Of a stretch of DNA of 64,000 nt, positions 17,689-27,585 are shown in pieces (the stretch's first letter is position 1; each line of letters begins with the position of its first letter). The notes under the pieces were generated by a model, which did not search any database, was not told the DNA's origin, and saw only the letters and a program-made list of their open reading frames with translations. Source of the stretch: Bacteroidales bacterium (GTDB lineage Bacteria; Bacteroidota; Bacteroidia; Bacteroidales; UBA932); the NCBI GenBank assembly GCA_017480345.1, contig JAFVAU010000016.1, forward strand, positions 20,464 to 84,463, written 5' to 3'. A program made the translations under genes and the position numbers.

Positions 17689-17696
17689 CAAAGATA
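17689..17696 (-). promoter_or_regulatory. -7 box TATCTTTG, 4 nt upstream of the operon's first ATG
   Basis: The minus strand reads TATCTTTG-AAAG-ATG. Confidence 0.4.
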
Positions 17697-17744
17697 ACAC
17701 TTTTTCTGCGATATGGAAACATAGTTTTTTCAAAAGAATTTCCT

Positions 17745-17752
17745 TATTTTTG
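17745..17752 (+). promoter_or_regulatory. -7 box TATTTTTG upstream of tgt
   Basis: Exact TAnnTTTG match 18 nt upstream of ATG 17771. Confidence 0.4.
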
Positions 17753-17770
17753 TAAGTTAAATAAAAGCGG

Positions 17771-18913
17771 ATGTTCAAATTTGAAAAGATAGCCCAGGAC
17801 CCCGCCGGAGCAGCCCGCGCCGGAGTCATCACCACAGACCACGGAAGCATTCAGACACCCATCTTCATGCCGGTGGGCACCGTAGGCTCTGTCAAGGGGG
17901 TCTACCACAGGGACTTGAAGGAAGACATCCAAGCCCAGATCATTCTGGGAAACACCTACCACCTGTACCTCCGTCCCGGCCTGGACACCCTTCGGAAAGC
18001 CGGCGGCCTGCATAAATTCGAGCATTGGGACCGTCCCATCCTCACGGACAGCGGCGGTTTCCAGGTCTTCTCCCTGGCTCCCATCCGCAAGCTCACGGAA
18101 GAGGGCTGCAAGTTCTCTTCCCACATAGACGGCAGCAAGCACATCTTCACCCCGGAGAACAACGTGGACACCCAGCGCATCATCGGGGCCGATATCGTGA
18201 TGGCCCTGGACGAGTGCTGCCCGGGAGACGCAGACCTGCGCTACGCCACCAAGTCCCTCAAACTCACCCAGGGCTGGCTGGAACGCTTCGCCCGCCATTT
18301 TGACCGGACGGAGCCGCTGTACGGCTATCAGCAGGTGATGTTCCCCATCATCCAGGGCTGCGTGTATCCAGAGCTCCGCGCCCGGGCCGTGGAACACGCC
18401 CTCACCCTGGACAACGAAAACCGCGGCGGCTATGCCGTAGGCGGCCTGGCCGTGGGTGAGCCCACGGAAAAGATGTACGAGATGCTGGAGGTCACCTGTC
18501 CCCTGCTGCCGGAAGGCAAGCCCCGCTACCTGATGGGCGTGGGCACTCCCGTCAACATCTTGGAAGGCATTTCCCGCGGAATAGACATGTTCGACTGCGT
18601 GATGCCCACCCGGAACGGCCGCAATGGCATGCTTTTCACATGGGATGGCATCATGAACATGAGAAACTCCAAGTGGACGGACGATTTCACCCCCCTGGAC
18701 CCCAAGGGAACCTCATTCGTGGATTCCTATTATACCCGGGCCTATATCCACCATCTTTTCATTGCCGGAGAGATGTTCGCCGCCATGGTGGCATCGGAGC
18801 ACAACCTGGCCTTCTACCTGGACCTGGTGCGCACCGCCCGGGAGCACATCATCGCCGGAGATTTCTCCTCCTGGAAAAACGCCGTCATCCCTAAACTGAG
18901 CCAGAGACTATGA
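17771..18913 (+). CDS. tgt: Queuine tRNA-ribosyltransferase
   Basis: 380 aa. The segments TPIFMPVGT, LGNTYHL, TDSGGFQV and a zinc-site C-terminal region are classical Tgt. Confidence 0.95.
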   Translation: MFKFEKIAQDPAGAARAGVITTDHGSIQTPIFMPVGTVGSVKGVYHRDLKEDIQAQIILGNTYHLYLRPGLDTLRKAGGLHKFEHWDRPILTDSGGFQVFSLAPIRKLTEEGCKFSSHIDGSKHIFTPENNVDTQRIIGADIVMALDECCPGDADLRYATKSLKLTQGWLERFARHFDRTEPLYGYQQVMFPIIQGCVYPELRARAVEHALTLDNENRGGYAVGGLAVGEPTEKMYEMLEVTCPLLPEGKPRYLMGVGTPVNILEGISRGIDMFDCVMPTRNGRNGMLFTWDGIMNMRNSKWTDDFTPLDPKGTSFVDSYYTRAYIHHLFIAGEMFAAMVASEHNLAFYLDLVRTAREHIIAGDFSSWKNAVIPKLSQRL

Positions 18914-20004
18914 GATTCCAGGGATTACAGAAGCTGGACTGGTACATCATCCGCAAGTTCCTCACCACTTTCTTCGTCTCCATCGCGGTGCTGGCCGTGG
19001 TGGTGGTCATCTTCGACGTAAGCGAGAAGATAGATGACTTTATCCGGAAGGAAGCCCCCCTGAACGAAATCATCTTTGACTATTACCTCAACTTCATCCC
19101 GTATTTCATGAACATGTATTCCCCCATGTTCGTGTTCCTTACGGTGATTTTCTTCACTTCCAAGATGACGCAGGACTCGGAGGTGATCGCCATCCTGTCG
19201 GGCGGCATCAGCTACCACCGTTTCGCCCTGCCCTACCTGGTATCGGCCTGTTTCATCGCGCTGCTGTCGCTGGAACTGGGCCAGTGGGTGATTCCGCATG
19301 CCAACGGCACCAAGGTGGACTTTGAGCAGAAATACAATTCCTGGCGCAAGGTCAAGATGGGGCATGACATGCACTACAAGCTGGAAGACGACCATTTCGT
19401 CTATCTGGAAAGCTTCAGCGCCTACAACAACACCGCCTACAACTTTACGCTGGAAGACCTTTCCGGCGGGCGCATGCACTCCAAGATATCGGCCGAAAGC
19501 GCCCAGTACGACACCGTGAGCGGGGTTTGGCACCTGAGAAACTGGATCCGGAGAGACTACGACGAAGGAATGAGGGACAAGATTACCAGCGGCCGGCAGA
19601 TGGATACCACCCTGAGCCTTACCCGAGACGACTTTTTCCTGAACAAGTTCACCATCCAGCGGCTGAACAAACGGGAGCTGGACCAGCTTATCGAGACGCA
19701 GAAAATGAGGGGCGACTCCTCCGTGAAAAACGCCCTCATCGAGAAGAACAACCGCTACTCGCTGCCCTTCTCCACCATTATCCTCACCATTATCGGCCTG
19801 TCGCTGTCCACCCGGAAGAAGCGGGGCGGCATGGGCTGGAACCTGGCTGCCGGAACGGCCCTGGGCTTCTCCTACATCCTGTTCATGCAGTTCAGCGAGA
19901 TGTTTGTGATTACGGACACCCTGCCGGCTTCCATTGCCATCTGGCTGCCCAATTACCTATACACGGCCATCGCCATTTTCCTGTACGTAAAAGCCCCCAA
20001 ATAA
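18910..20004 (+). CDS. LptF/LptG family LPS export permease
   Basis: 364 aa. The N-terminus [17 protein letters not shown] and the six-TM YjgP/YjgQ layout fit this family. The start overlaps the tgt stop (ATGA). Confidence 0.85.
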   Translation: MRFQGLQKLDWYIIRKFLTTFFVSIAVLAVVVVIFDVSEKIDDFIRKEAPLNEIIFDYYLNFIPYFMNMYSPMFVFLTVIFFTSKMTQDSEVIAILSGGISYHRFALPYLVSACFIALLSLELGQWVIPHANGTKVDFEQKYNSWRKVKMGHDMHYKLEDDHFVYLESFSAYNNTAYNFTLEDLSGGRMHSKISAESAQYDTVSGVWHLRNWIRRDYDEGMRDKITSGRQMDTTLSLTRDDFFLNKFTIQRLNKRELDQLIETQKMRGDSSVKNALIEKNNRYSLPFSTIILTIIGLSLSTRKKRGGMGWNLAAGTALGFSYILFMQFSEMFVITDTLPASIAIWLPNYLYTAIAIFLYVKAPK

Positions 20005-20435
20005 TGAAAGTTCCCATCGTCAACCACTCTCCCTATCCCTGCCCGGCCTATGCTACGGAGCAAAGCGCCGGCATGGATTTGAAAGCCAACCTGGAAGAGT
20101 CCCTAATTTTGAAGCCGCTCCAGCGGGCCCTGGTCCCCACGGGGCTCTTCATGGCCCTTCCGGCCGGATATGAGGCCCAGGTGCGCCCCCGCAGCGGACT
20201 GGCCGCCAAGCATGGCATCACCGTCCTCAATACGCCCGGAACCATCGATGCCGATTACCGGGGAGAAGTGAAGGTGATTCTGGTGAATCTCTCGGACACG
20301 CCCTTCGAGATTGTCCCCGGAGAGCGGATTGCCCAGATGGTGATTGCCCGCCACGAGAAAGTGGAATGGGAGGAAGTTAACGAGCTGGACGCCACCGAGC
20401 GCGGCGCCGGCGGATTTGGAAGCACCGGAAAATAA
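20004..20435 (+). CDS. dut: dUTP diphosphatase
   Basis: The real start is ATG 20004 (MKVPIVNHS...). Motifs: [20 protein letters not shown] and [11 protein letters not shown]. The longer track ORF from 19527 is just the upstream open frame. Confidence 0.9.
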   Translation: MKVPIVNHSPYPCPAYATEQSAGMDLKANLEESLILKPLQRALVPTGLFMALPAGYEAQVRPRSGLAAKHGITVLNTPGTIDADYRGEVKVILVNLSDTPFEIVPGERIAQMVIARHEKVEWEEVNELDATERGAGGFGSTGK

Positions 20436-21649
20436 TGGATATTCAAGAATTATACGAGATTTACCTGCATTCCGCAGGTGTCTCCACCGATACCCGCACC
20501 CTTAAGAAGAACCAGCTTTTCTTTGCCCTCAAGGGGGAGAATTTTGACGGTAACGCCTTCGTGGAGCAGGCCCGGGAGAAGGGCGCATCCTATGTGGTGG
20601 CCGGAGACAACGGCCTGGAAATCCTGAAGGAACTGGCCGCCTACCACCGGCACCAGCTCAGGATCCCTGTTATCGGCCTCACCGGCACCAACGGGAAAAC
20701 CACCACCAAGGAGCTCATCAAGACCGCCCTGGGAGCCGCTTACCGCGTCAGTGCCACGGAGGGAAACCTCAACAACGAGATTGGCGTGCCGCTCACGGTG
20801 CTCCGCATCCATCCGCGGGCCCAGCTGGCCATCGTGGAGATGGGTGCCAGCCATCCGGAAGACCTCAAGCCCCTGCTGGCCGTGGCGCAGCCCAACCTGG
20901 GACTCATCACCAATGTGGGCAAGGCGCACCTGCTGGGCTTCGGCAGCTATGAGGGCGTGAAACATGCCAAGGGCCTCCTTTACGACTACCTGAAGGAGCG
21001 GGGCGGCGTGGTGTTCGCCAATGCCGAAGACCCGGTGCTGCAGGAAATGCTGGCCCGGCGGGGCCTGGACGCCATTCCCTACTCCCGCGAAGGCGTAAAG
21101 ATCAAGGCCGATCCCTTCCTGGAGCTCAGCTTCGAGGACGCCACCTTGAAGACGCAGCTGGTAGGAGCCTACAACGCCGCCAACGTGCTGGCCGCCCTGT
21201 GCATAGCCTGGTACTTCGACGTCCCCCGGGAGGATGCCCTGCAGGCCATCGCCTCCTACGTTCCTTCCAATAACCGCTCGCAACTGGTTAAGACAAAGCG
21301 CAATACGCTTATCGTAGACGCCTACAACGCCAACCCTTCCTCCATGGCCGTTGCCTTGGACAACCTGGCACTCATGAAAGGCCGGAAGGTGGCCCTTCTG
21401 GGAGACATGCGGGAACTGGGGGAAGATGCCGCCGCAGAGCACAAGCACATTGTTGAGCGCCTCGAGGACACGGAAGCCTATCTGGTGGGAGAAGAATTCG
21501 CCCGCGCCGCCAAGGGCACGCCGCACAAGACCTTCGCCACGTCTGAGGACCTGGCGAAGTATCTGAGCGAAAATCCCTTGGAAGGATGCACGGTGCTGCT
21601 CAAGGGCTCCCACAGCATCCGGATGGAGAAAGTTATAGACGTGCTTTGA
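20435..21649 (+). CDS. murF: UDP-N-acetylmuramoyl-tripeptide--D-alanyl-D-alanine ligase
   Basis: 404 aa with the Mur-ligase P-loop GLTGTNGKTTTKE and DAYNANPSSM. Confidence 0.9.
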   Translation: MDIQELYEIYLHSAGVSTDTRTLKKNQLFFALKGENFDGNAFVEQAREKGASYVVAGDNGLEILKELAAYHRHQLRIPVIGLTGTNGKTTTKELIKTALGAAYRVSATEGNLNNEIGVPLTVLRIHPRAQLAIVEMGASHPEDLKPLLAVAQPNLGLITNVGKAHLLGFGSYEGVKHAKGLLYDYLKERGGVVFANAEDPVLQEMLARRGLDAIPYSREGVKIKADPFLELSFEDATLKTQLVGAYNAANVLAALCIAWYFDVPREDALQAIASYVPSNNRSQLVKTKRNTLIVDAYNANPSSMAVALDNLALMKGRKVALLGDMRELGEDAAAEHKHIVERLEDTEAYLVGEEFARAAKGTPHKTFATSEDLAKYLSENPLEGCTVLLKGSHSIRMEKVIDVL

Positions 21650-22217
21650 CGATGAGCCAACGCATGGCCCAGGCCAGCGCATAACCCAAGGCCAGACCCG
21701 CCACACAGCCCACCAGGATATCCCCCACATAATGGGCCGCCAGCATAACGCGGCTCACGGCCACCAGGGTGGCCCAGGTCATCAGGAGCCAGCCATACCA
21801 GCCGTAGCGGTGCTTTCTGTCATTCAGTTGAAGGCCCGCCCAGGAACCGGCGGCAAAGGCGAAGGTATTGGCCGAATGGCCGGAGAAAAAGCCGTACAGG
21901 CCACCGATCATGCCGTCCGGGCACACCACGCCATGGTTAATCATCCAGATATCCCGGCAGGGCCTAAGGCGCATGACACTGTCTTTCACCAGGTTGGCCA
22001 GCTGGTCTGTGAATACCAGCCCCAGGACCAGCGTCAGGGTAACGACAAGGGCCTTTTTCCAGCCCAGCCGCACAAAGAGAAACACCAGGATAAGTAAATA
22101 CAGCGGAATCCACTCGCGCACGCCGGACATGAAATGCCAGAAACCGTTCAGCGCGGGCGGGTTGGCCTGGTTCAGCCAAAGGGTGACCGCCCTGTCTAAC
22201 TGGACAAGGCTTTCCAT
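21633..22217 (-). CDS. PAP2 family lipid phosphatase
   Basis: The KX6RP-type (MRLRPCRD), SGH (FSGHS) and SRX5HX3D ([12 protein letters not shown]) motifs are all present. Confidence 0.8.
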   Translation of the reverse strand: MESLVQLDRAVTLWLNQANPPALNGFWHFMSGVREWIPLYLLILVFLFVRLGWKKALVVTLTLVLGLVFTDQLANLVKDSVMRLRPCRDIWMINHGVVCPDGMIGGLYGFFSGHSANTFAFAAGSWAGLQLNDRKHRYGWYGWLLMTWATLVAVSRVMLAAHYVGDILVGCVAGLALGYALAWAMRWLIVKARL

Positions 22218-23188
22218 AGCATTTCCTTGAGTTCGTTAAGACCCGTCTGCGCTACAGAAGAGATGAAGACGTGCGGAATATCGGCCGGGAGTTTTTTCTC
22301 TATCTTGGCCTTCTGCTTTTCGTCTATCAAATCTGTCTTGGTGACGGCCAGCACGCGGTCTTTCACCAGCAGTTCCGGGTTGTATTCCTCCAGTTCTTTC
22401 AGGAGAATCTTGTAGCCCTTGGCCACGTCGGGCTCGTCGGCCGCTACCATGAAGAGGAGCACGGAATTGCGCTCGATGTGCCTCAGGAAGCGCATGCCGA
22501 TCCCCCTCCCTTCGTGGGCGCCTTCAATGATGCCGGGAATATCGGCCATCACGAAGGAACGGTCGTCATAATAACGTACGATGCCCAGATTGGGCTCCAG
22601 GGTGGTGAAGGCGTAATTGGCAATCTTGGGTTTGGCCGATGTGATGGCGGCCAGCAGGGTGCTCTTTCCGGCATTGGGGAAGCCCACCAGGCCCACATCG
22701 GCCAGGACTTTGAGCTCCAGGACGAACCAGCCCTCCTGCCCTTCCTCTCCGGGCTGGGCATAGCGGGGCGTCTGATTGGTGGCACTTTTGAAATGGTCGT
22801 TGCCCCAGCCGCCTTTTCCGCCGCGGCAGAGGATGTACTCCTGGTCCTTTTCCACCAGCTCGGTTATCACCTCTTCCGTCTCGGCGTCCTTCACAACCAC
22901 GCCCTGAGGCACTTCCAGAATGATATCTTCGCCGTTCTTTCCCTTCTTGAGGGCCTCGGCGCCGTTGCCGCCGTTATCGGCCTTCACCACCTTGCGGTAA
23001 CGCAGGTGGATGAGCGTCCAAAGCTGGGGATTCACCCGCAGGATGATGTGGCCTCCGCGGCCGCCGTCTCCCCCGTCGGGTCCTCCCTTGGGCACATACT
23101 TGGCCCGGTGCAGATGGGCACTGCCCGCACCGCCCTTTCCGCTGGCGCAGAAAATGCGAACGTAGTCTATGAAGTTACTTTCCGCCAT
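22196..23188 (-). CDS. obg: GTPase Obg
   Basis: The Obg fold has a glycine-rich N-terminus ([30 protein letters not shown]). The G-domain has GFPNAGKST and DIPG. Confidence 0.95.
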   Translation of the reverse strand: MAESNFIDYVRIFCASGKGGAGSAHLHRAKYVPKGGPDGGDGGRGGHIILRVNPQLWTLIHLRYRKVVKADNGGNGAEALKKGKNGEDIILEVPQGVVVKDAETEEVITELVEKDQEYILCRGGKGGWGNDHFKSATNQTPRYAQPGEEGQEGWFVLELKVLADVGLVGFPNAGKSTLLAAITSAKPKIANYAFTTLEPNLGIVRYYDDRSFVMADIPGIIEGAHEGRGIGMRFLRHIERNSVLLFMVAADEPDVAKGYKILLKELEEYNPELLVKDRVLAVTKTDLIDEKQKAKIEKKLPADIPHVFISSVAQTGLNELKEMLWKALSS

Positions 23189-23191
23189 AAC

Positions 23192-24472
23192 TTACGCCTG
23201 CTTCTTCTGGGGGTCTTTGAAGAGGATCCAGAAGAGGATGCCCACCACCAGGGCGTAGCCGGCGAAGATGTACCAGGCCATGGGCCAGTTGGCGGGGGTG
23301 TTGAACACGTCGCAGGCATCTACCACAGCGCCGGCGGCCAGGGTGCCGATGGTGGCGCCGAAGCCGTTGGTCATCATCATGAAGAGGCCCTGGGCGCTGG
23401 AGCGGATGCTCTTTTCCGCGTTCTGCTCCACATAGAGGGAACCGGAGATGTTGAAGAAGTCGAAGGCCATGCCGTACACGATGCAGCTGAGGATGAACAG
23501 CAGCACACCGGGCATGGCGGGGTTGCCGGCGCCGAAGAAGGCAAAACGCAGCACCCAGGCGAACATGGAGATGAGCATCACCTTCTTGATGCCGAAGCGC
23601 TTCATGAAGAAGGGGATGAGCAGGATACAGAGGGTCTCCGAAGCCTGGGAGATGGAGATGAGGGCGTTGGAATTCTTGACGGCGAAAGTATCGGCCAAAG
23701 CAGGATCCGCGGCAAAGGAGCCCAGGAAGGTGTTGGCGTAGCCGTTGGTAATCTGGAGGGAAGCACCCAGGAGCATGGAGAAGATGAAGAAGATGGCAAA
23801 CTGGCTGTCCTTAAAAAGGGTGAAGGCTTTAAGGCCGAAGGCTTCTGCAAGAGTCTCGTCCTTCTTGGCGGCATTCACCGGGCAGGAAGGCATGGTGAGG
23901 GCATAGCCGCAGAGGACCAGGGACAGGATGCCGGAAGAGATGAGCTGGGTGTAGCTGTCCTGCATGGCCACTCCGCCGATGTGCAGGAAATTGGTGAGGA
24001 GCATGCTGCAGATGAAGCCCACGGTACCGAACACGCGGATGGGCGGGAAATCCTTCACCGGGTCCATTCCTTCCTTGCCCAGGGCGTTGTAGGCCACGGA
24101 GTTGACCAGGGCGATGGTGGGCATGAAGAAGGCCACGCTAAGGCTGTAGAGGACGAACAGGGGCGCGAACTGGACCGCGTCACCGGCGCTCATGCAATAG
24201 AAGCCGGCTCCGGCCATGAACAGGCCTGCCAGGCCGTGACAGAGAGAGAGCACCTTCTGGGCCTCCATCTTTTTATCGGCCACTATGCCCATGAGGGTGG
24301 GCATGAAGATGGACACGATGCCCTGCATGGCAAAGAACCACTTGATCTGGCTTCCCAGGCCGATATTTCCGAGGTATCTTCCCAAAGAGGTGAGGTAAGC
24401 GCCCCAGACGGCGAACTCCAGGAAGTTCATAACGATGAGCTTCAGGGTAACGGGTTTGATCTTGATCTGCAT
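23192..24472 (-). CDS. Nucleoside:H+ symporter family MFS permease (NupG/XapB-like)
   Basis: 426 aa, 12-TM. The N-terminus LKLIVMNFLEFAVWGAYLTSLGRYL is typical of the nucleoside permease family. Confidence 0.75.
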   Translation of the reverse strand: MQIKIKPVTLKLIVMNFLEFAVWGAYLTSLGRYLGNIGLGSQIKWFFAMQGIVSIFMPTLMGIVADKKMEAQKVLSLCHGLAGLFMAGAGFYCMSAGDAVQFAPLFVLYSLSVAFFMPTIALVNSVAYNALGKEGMDPVKDFPPIRVFGTVGFICSMLLTNFLHIGGVAMQDSYTQLISSGILSLVLCGYALTMPSCPVNAAKKDETLAEAFGLKAFTLFKDSQFAIFFIFSMLLGASLQITNGYANTFLGSFAADPALADTFAVKNSNALISISQASETLCILLIPFFMKRFGIKKVMLISMFAWVLRFAFFGAGNPAMPGVLLFILSCIVYGMAFDFFNISGSLYVEQNAEKSIRSSAQGLFMMMTNGFGATIGTLAAGAVVDACDVFNTPANWPMAWYIFAGYALVVGILFWILFKDPQKKQA

Positions 24473-24504
24473 AATGTATTCTGTGTTGTTTGTTTCCTAT
24501 CCTA

Positions 24505-24512
24505 CAAATATA
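24505..24512 (-). promoter_or_regulatory. -7 box TATATTTG upstream of the nucleoside permease-obg-PAP2 operon
   Basis: The plus strand reads caaatata. This is an exact TAnnTTTG match on the minus strand, 32 nt upstream of ATG 24472. Confidence 0.4.
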
Positions 24513-24531
24513 AGGAAAAATTGCAGATAAA

Positions 24532-24930
24532 TCACTCTCCGTCCTCCTCTTTCTCCGACAGACATTGCAAGTTTTTGAGCCGGGCCGATGTGAGCTCATA
24601 CTGCATGTCAAAGACGGCGAATACCTGGCGGCGCCCGGCCCTCCTGTACGAGGTAACAAAATGGGGGTCGAATTCCAGGTTGGAAAGGGTGATGAGGTCT
24701 ATGGAAGTGACACCCATCTTGTAAAGCCTATCCAAGATAGCGTGATTCTTGTCCAGCACCCGCAGCACCGCCGTCTCCAACCCCTGCCGGAGCGGATAGC
24801 GCTGCCGGTTGTGGTACCGGTTTTTGCATTTTTCACAGCAAAACTTGCGATCCGGGCGGCCGGAGACAATCTCATTTCCACACTGGATGCATCGCAAACG
24901 GATTTTAAAATACTTGACAGAGGTAGTCAT
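24532..24930 (-). CDS. Zinc-ribbon protein of unknown function
   Basis: CIQCGNEIVSGRPDRKFCCEKCKNRYHN is a CxxC...CxxC ribbon. I prefer the start at ATG 24930 (MTTSVKYFK) over the track start at 24999. Confidence 0.5.
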   Translation of the reverse strand: MTTSVKYFKIRLRCIQCGNEIVSGRPDRKFCCEKCKNRYHNRQRYPLRQGLETAVLRVLDKNHAILDRLYKMGVTSIDLITLSNLEFDPHFVTSYRRAGRRQVFAVFDMQYELTSARLKNLQCLSEKEEDGE

Positions 24931-25241
24931 AGGTACGGTTTTGGGCAAAAATGGGAAACCTGTCCGGAAAAACCAAGCATCGTAAAAAACATTTCCCAAA
25001 TAATTGCTGTTTTGCTTCTACAACAAAAAACAGGAATGGAAAGAATCATTCCGCAGGTCGTCGTTTTTTCTTATCAAAGATATGCAGAAACACACAAAGA
25101 GCATAAAAAACAGCAATTTCTGCACTTCCGCTCCCCTGCCCCGCTCCCAAATCACAGCGGACTGCATTTACTTTGCTTCCGAACCCGGCGGCAGGCGCGC
25201 ACCGACCACGGGTATATGTTCAACACTAAAGAATAAGAGAA

Positions 25242-25604
25242 ATGGAATTTTTGAATCAAACCGAACTCCGCGGCATCGTGGGCCGCGCAGACGTCAACAC
25301 TTTTCCCAGCAACAGCAGTGTATGCAATTTTTCCGTGGTGACGGAATACAGCACCATCGACAAAGACCGCAACTCCATCATCGAGACCAACTGGTTCAAT
25401 GTATCGGCCTGGAGCGGACGCATTCCCCTGGAAGACCTTTACAAAATCCAGAAAGGCGTCTGGGTGAAGGTGGTGGGGCGCAACCGCACCCGCAAATACA
25501 CCACCCAAAGCGGGGAGGAACGCACCACCACGGACATCGTTGCCCACAGCGTGGAAATACTTGAACGGGAAGACGTGAAAATGCAACCTCAAAAAGATTA
25601 TTAA
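25242..25604 (+). CDS. ssb: Single-stranded DNA-binding (OB-fold) protein, short form without an acidic tail
   Basis: 120 aa with an SSB-like OB-fold pattern (ELRGIVGRADV...NWFNVSAWSG...VKVVGRNRTRKYTTQSGEERTTTDIVA). There is no C-terminal D-D-(I/L)-P-F tail. Confidence 0.65.
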   Translation: MEFLNQTELRGIVGRADVNTFPSNSSVCNFSVVTEYSTIDKDRNSIIETNWFNVSAWSGRIPLEDLYKIQKGVWVKVVGRNRTRKYTTQSGEERTTTDIVAHSVEILEREDVKMQPQKDY

Positions 25605-25608
25605 ACCC

Positions 25609-27561
25609 ATGAAAACAGTTTCCATACGCTTCCTGCTATCCGCTTTCCTGGTGCTGGCAAGTGCCTGCGCCCCGACCTCCCATATCCGGCAGTTGAGGGA
25701 GGGACAGGTGACGGCGCAGCTATCGCTCACCCAGGAGAGGGAGCTCCCCAGCCTGGAGGCCGATATCGCCGTCCAGCGGGACACCCTGGTGATCCGGGAC
25801 CCGGAGGGGCGTGAAGTCATCATCATGAAGGCCGTGAAAGACGAGAACGGCGAAATGGTGGCCCACGAAACACTGGATGCGGCCCGGGTCACCGCCCGCT
25901 TCCGCAATGTGGCGGAAAGGGGCGGCTCTGTAGACCTCCGTTTCCAGATTCTGGTTCCCGGGAAAATGCAGGACAGCGACTGGCAACTGCGTTTCTATCC
26001 CGACTTGTTTGTCCTGGAAGACAGTATCCGCCTGGAGCCCGTCCTCATCACGGGAAGTGCCTACCGGAAAGCGCAGTTAAAGGGTTATCAGCAATATCAG
26101 CGCTTTCTGGACTCCATCTCCGCCGACTCCCTGCACTTCGTTAACCGGAGGCAGCTGGAAAACTTTCTGAGAAGGAACATCCCTGCCATCTACCGCTTCA
26201 GGACAGACAGCAGCGAGGTGTCGGACGAAGTCTTTGCATCGGCCTTCGGCATTACGGAACAGCAGGCCCTGGAGCACTATACCAGCCAATTTCGTGTACG
26301 CCTGAACCGGAGGAAGATTGACAGGAAAGGCGAAGTATTCCGGCAGTATGTCAAATCCCCCATCCTGACGGAGGGGCTCAGGCTGGATACGGTGATCCAA
26401 CATACCGGAGGCGACATTGCCTACGAATATGTTCAGACCATCCGGGTCCGGCCCCGGCTGCGGAAGGCATCCGTAGTGCTGGGCGGAGAGATTTTCCAGG
26501 ACGGACAGGTCATTTACCGGATTCCCTCAACGGAGCCCCTCACCTTCTATATCAGTTCCTTGAGCAACCTGGCCGACGAGCGCGTCCGCTACAAAACCCG
26601 GGTCATTTCCCGGAGCGTACAGGCCAATACGGCCTGCTATATCGAATTCGAGCAGGGGCAGGCCGTCATCCGGGAGGACATGGGGAACAACCCGGCCGAG
26701 ATGAGCCGCATCAAGGAGAACCTGGTGAGCCTGGTGGAAGACAGGGAGTTTAATCTGGACTCCATCGTCATCACGGCCTCCTGCTCGCCGGAGGGCACTT
26801 TCGAGAGCAACGAAAAGCTCTCCATCCAGCGCTCAAAGGCGGTTTCCGACTACTATCAGACCTTCCTGAAACGGCGGGAAGATTCCCTTCGGCGAAGCCG
26901 GGGAGTGATGCTGTCCATGGACGACAGTTACCGGGCCGCCAAGAAAGAGCCCATCCGCTTTATCCCCCGCTACGATGCGGAGAATTGGAGCATGCTGGAC
27001 GCCCTGGTAGAGAAGGACACCCTCTTGAAGCCGGCCGACAAGCAGCGGTATCGGGAATTATCGGCCCTGGGGAGTCCCGATGAAAGGGAAAGGGGCCTGC
27101 AGCAGCTGGGAAACTACCGCTACCTGCGGGAGAACCTGTACCCCCGACTGCGGACCGTCCGCTTCGACTTCCATCTGCACCGGAAAGGGATGGTGAAGGA
27201 TACCATTCACACGACGGAAGTGGACAGTGTCTATATGTGGGGCGTACAGGCCCTCAGGGACCGGGAATACGAGAAAGCCCTTTCCTACCTCAAAGACTAC
27301 CGGGACTACAATACCGCCATTGCCTATGTCTCCCTGGACTACAATGCATCGGCCATGGCCATCCTGGAGCAGATGGAGCGGACACCGCAGGTGAACTACA
27401 TGCTGGCCCTCCTGTATGCCCGGAAAGAAGACCCGCAGAATGCCGTCCAGTGCTATCTGAATGCCTGTCACGAAGACCGCTCATACATTTTCCGGGGCAA
27501 TCTGGATCCCGAAATCAATGCACTCATCCAACGCTATAACTTGAATGCAGACAATCCGTAA
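25609..27561 (+). CDS. Lipoprotein, DUF3868-like N-terminal region + OmpA-like segment + TPR-like C-terminus (pilus-locus accessory protein)
   Basis: Lipobox LASAC. The central SPEGTFESNEKLSIQRSKAVSDYY resembles the OmpA-like block of DUF3868 proteins that head Bacteroidales fimbrial loci. The gene starts 4 nt after ssb. Confidence 0.5.
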   Translation: MKTVSIRFLLSAFLVLASACAPTSHIRQLREGQVTAQLSLTQERELPSLEADIAVQRDTLVIRDPEGREVIIMKAVKDENGEMVAHETLDAARVTARFRNVAERGGSVDLRFQILVPGKMQDSDWQLRFYPDLFVLEDSIRLEPVLITGSAYRKAQLKGYQQYQRFLDSISADSLHFVNRRQLENFLRRNIPAIYRFRTDSSEVSDEVFASAFGITEQQALEHYTSQFRVRLNRRKIDRKGEVFRQYVKSPILTEGLRLDTVIQHTGGDIAYEYVQTIRVRPRLRKASVVLGGEIFQDGQVIYRIPSTEPLTFYISSLSNLADERVRYKTRVISRSVQANTACYIEFEQGQAVIREDMGNNPAEMSRIKENLVSLVEDREFNLDSIVITASCSPEGTFESNEKLSIQRSKAVSDYYQTFLKRREDSLRRSRGVMLSMDDSYRAAKKEPIRFIPRYDAENWSMLDALVEKDTLLKPADKQRYRELSALGSPDERERGLQQLGNYRYLRENLYPRLRTVRFDFHLHRKGMVKDTIHTTEVDSVYMWGVQALRDREYEKALSYLKDYRDYNTAIAYVSLDYNASAMAILEQMERTPQVNYMLALLYARKEDPQNAVQCYLNACHEDRSYIFRGNLDPEINALIQRYNLNADNP

Positions 27562-27585
27562 TTATCCAATAATCATTTAAAACTC

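Noticed and set aside
17685-17770. Glycine riboswitch ahead of the gcv operon
   Set aside because: The whole intergenic region is 86 bp and is shared with the divergent tgt promoter. The -7 box sits 4 nt from the ATG, which leaves no room for a ~100-nt aptamer, and I saw no conserved glycine-aptamer core.
19527-20003. N-terminal 159-codon extension of dut in the ORF track
   Set aside because: It overlaps lptF/G in another frame and is Arg/Pro-rich. dUTPase homology begins at MKVPIV (ATG 20004), which overlaps the lptF/G stop.
24931-25241. Invertible promoter (fimbrial phase switch) upstream of the ssb/pilus block
   Set aside because: Only 7-8-bp inverted repeats are present (tgggaaa/tttccca, tgcagaaa/tttctgca). 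That is too short to be convincing, and no recombinase gene lies nearby.
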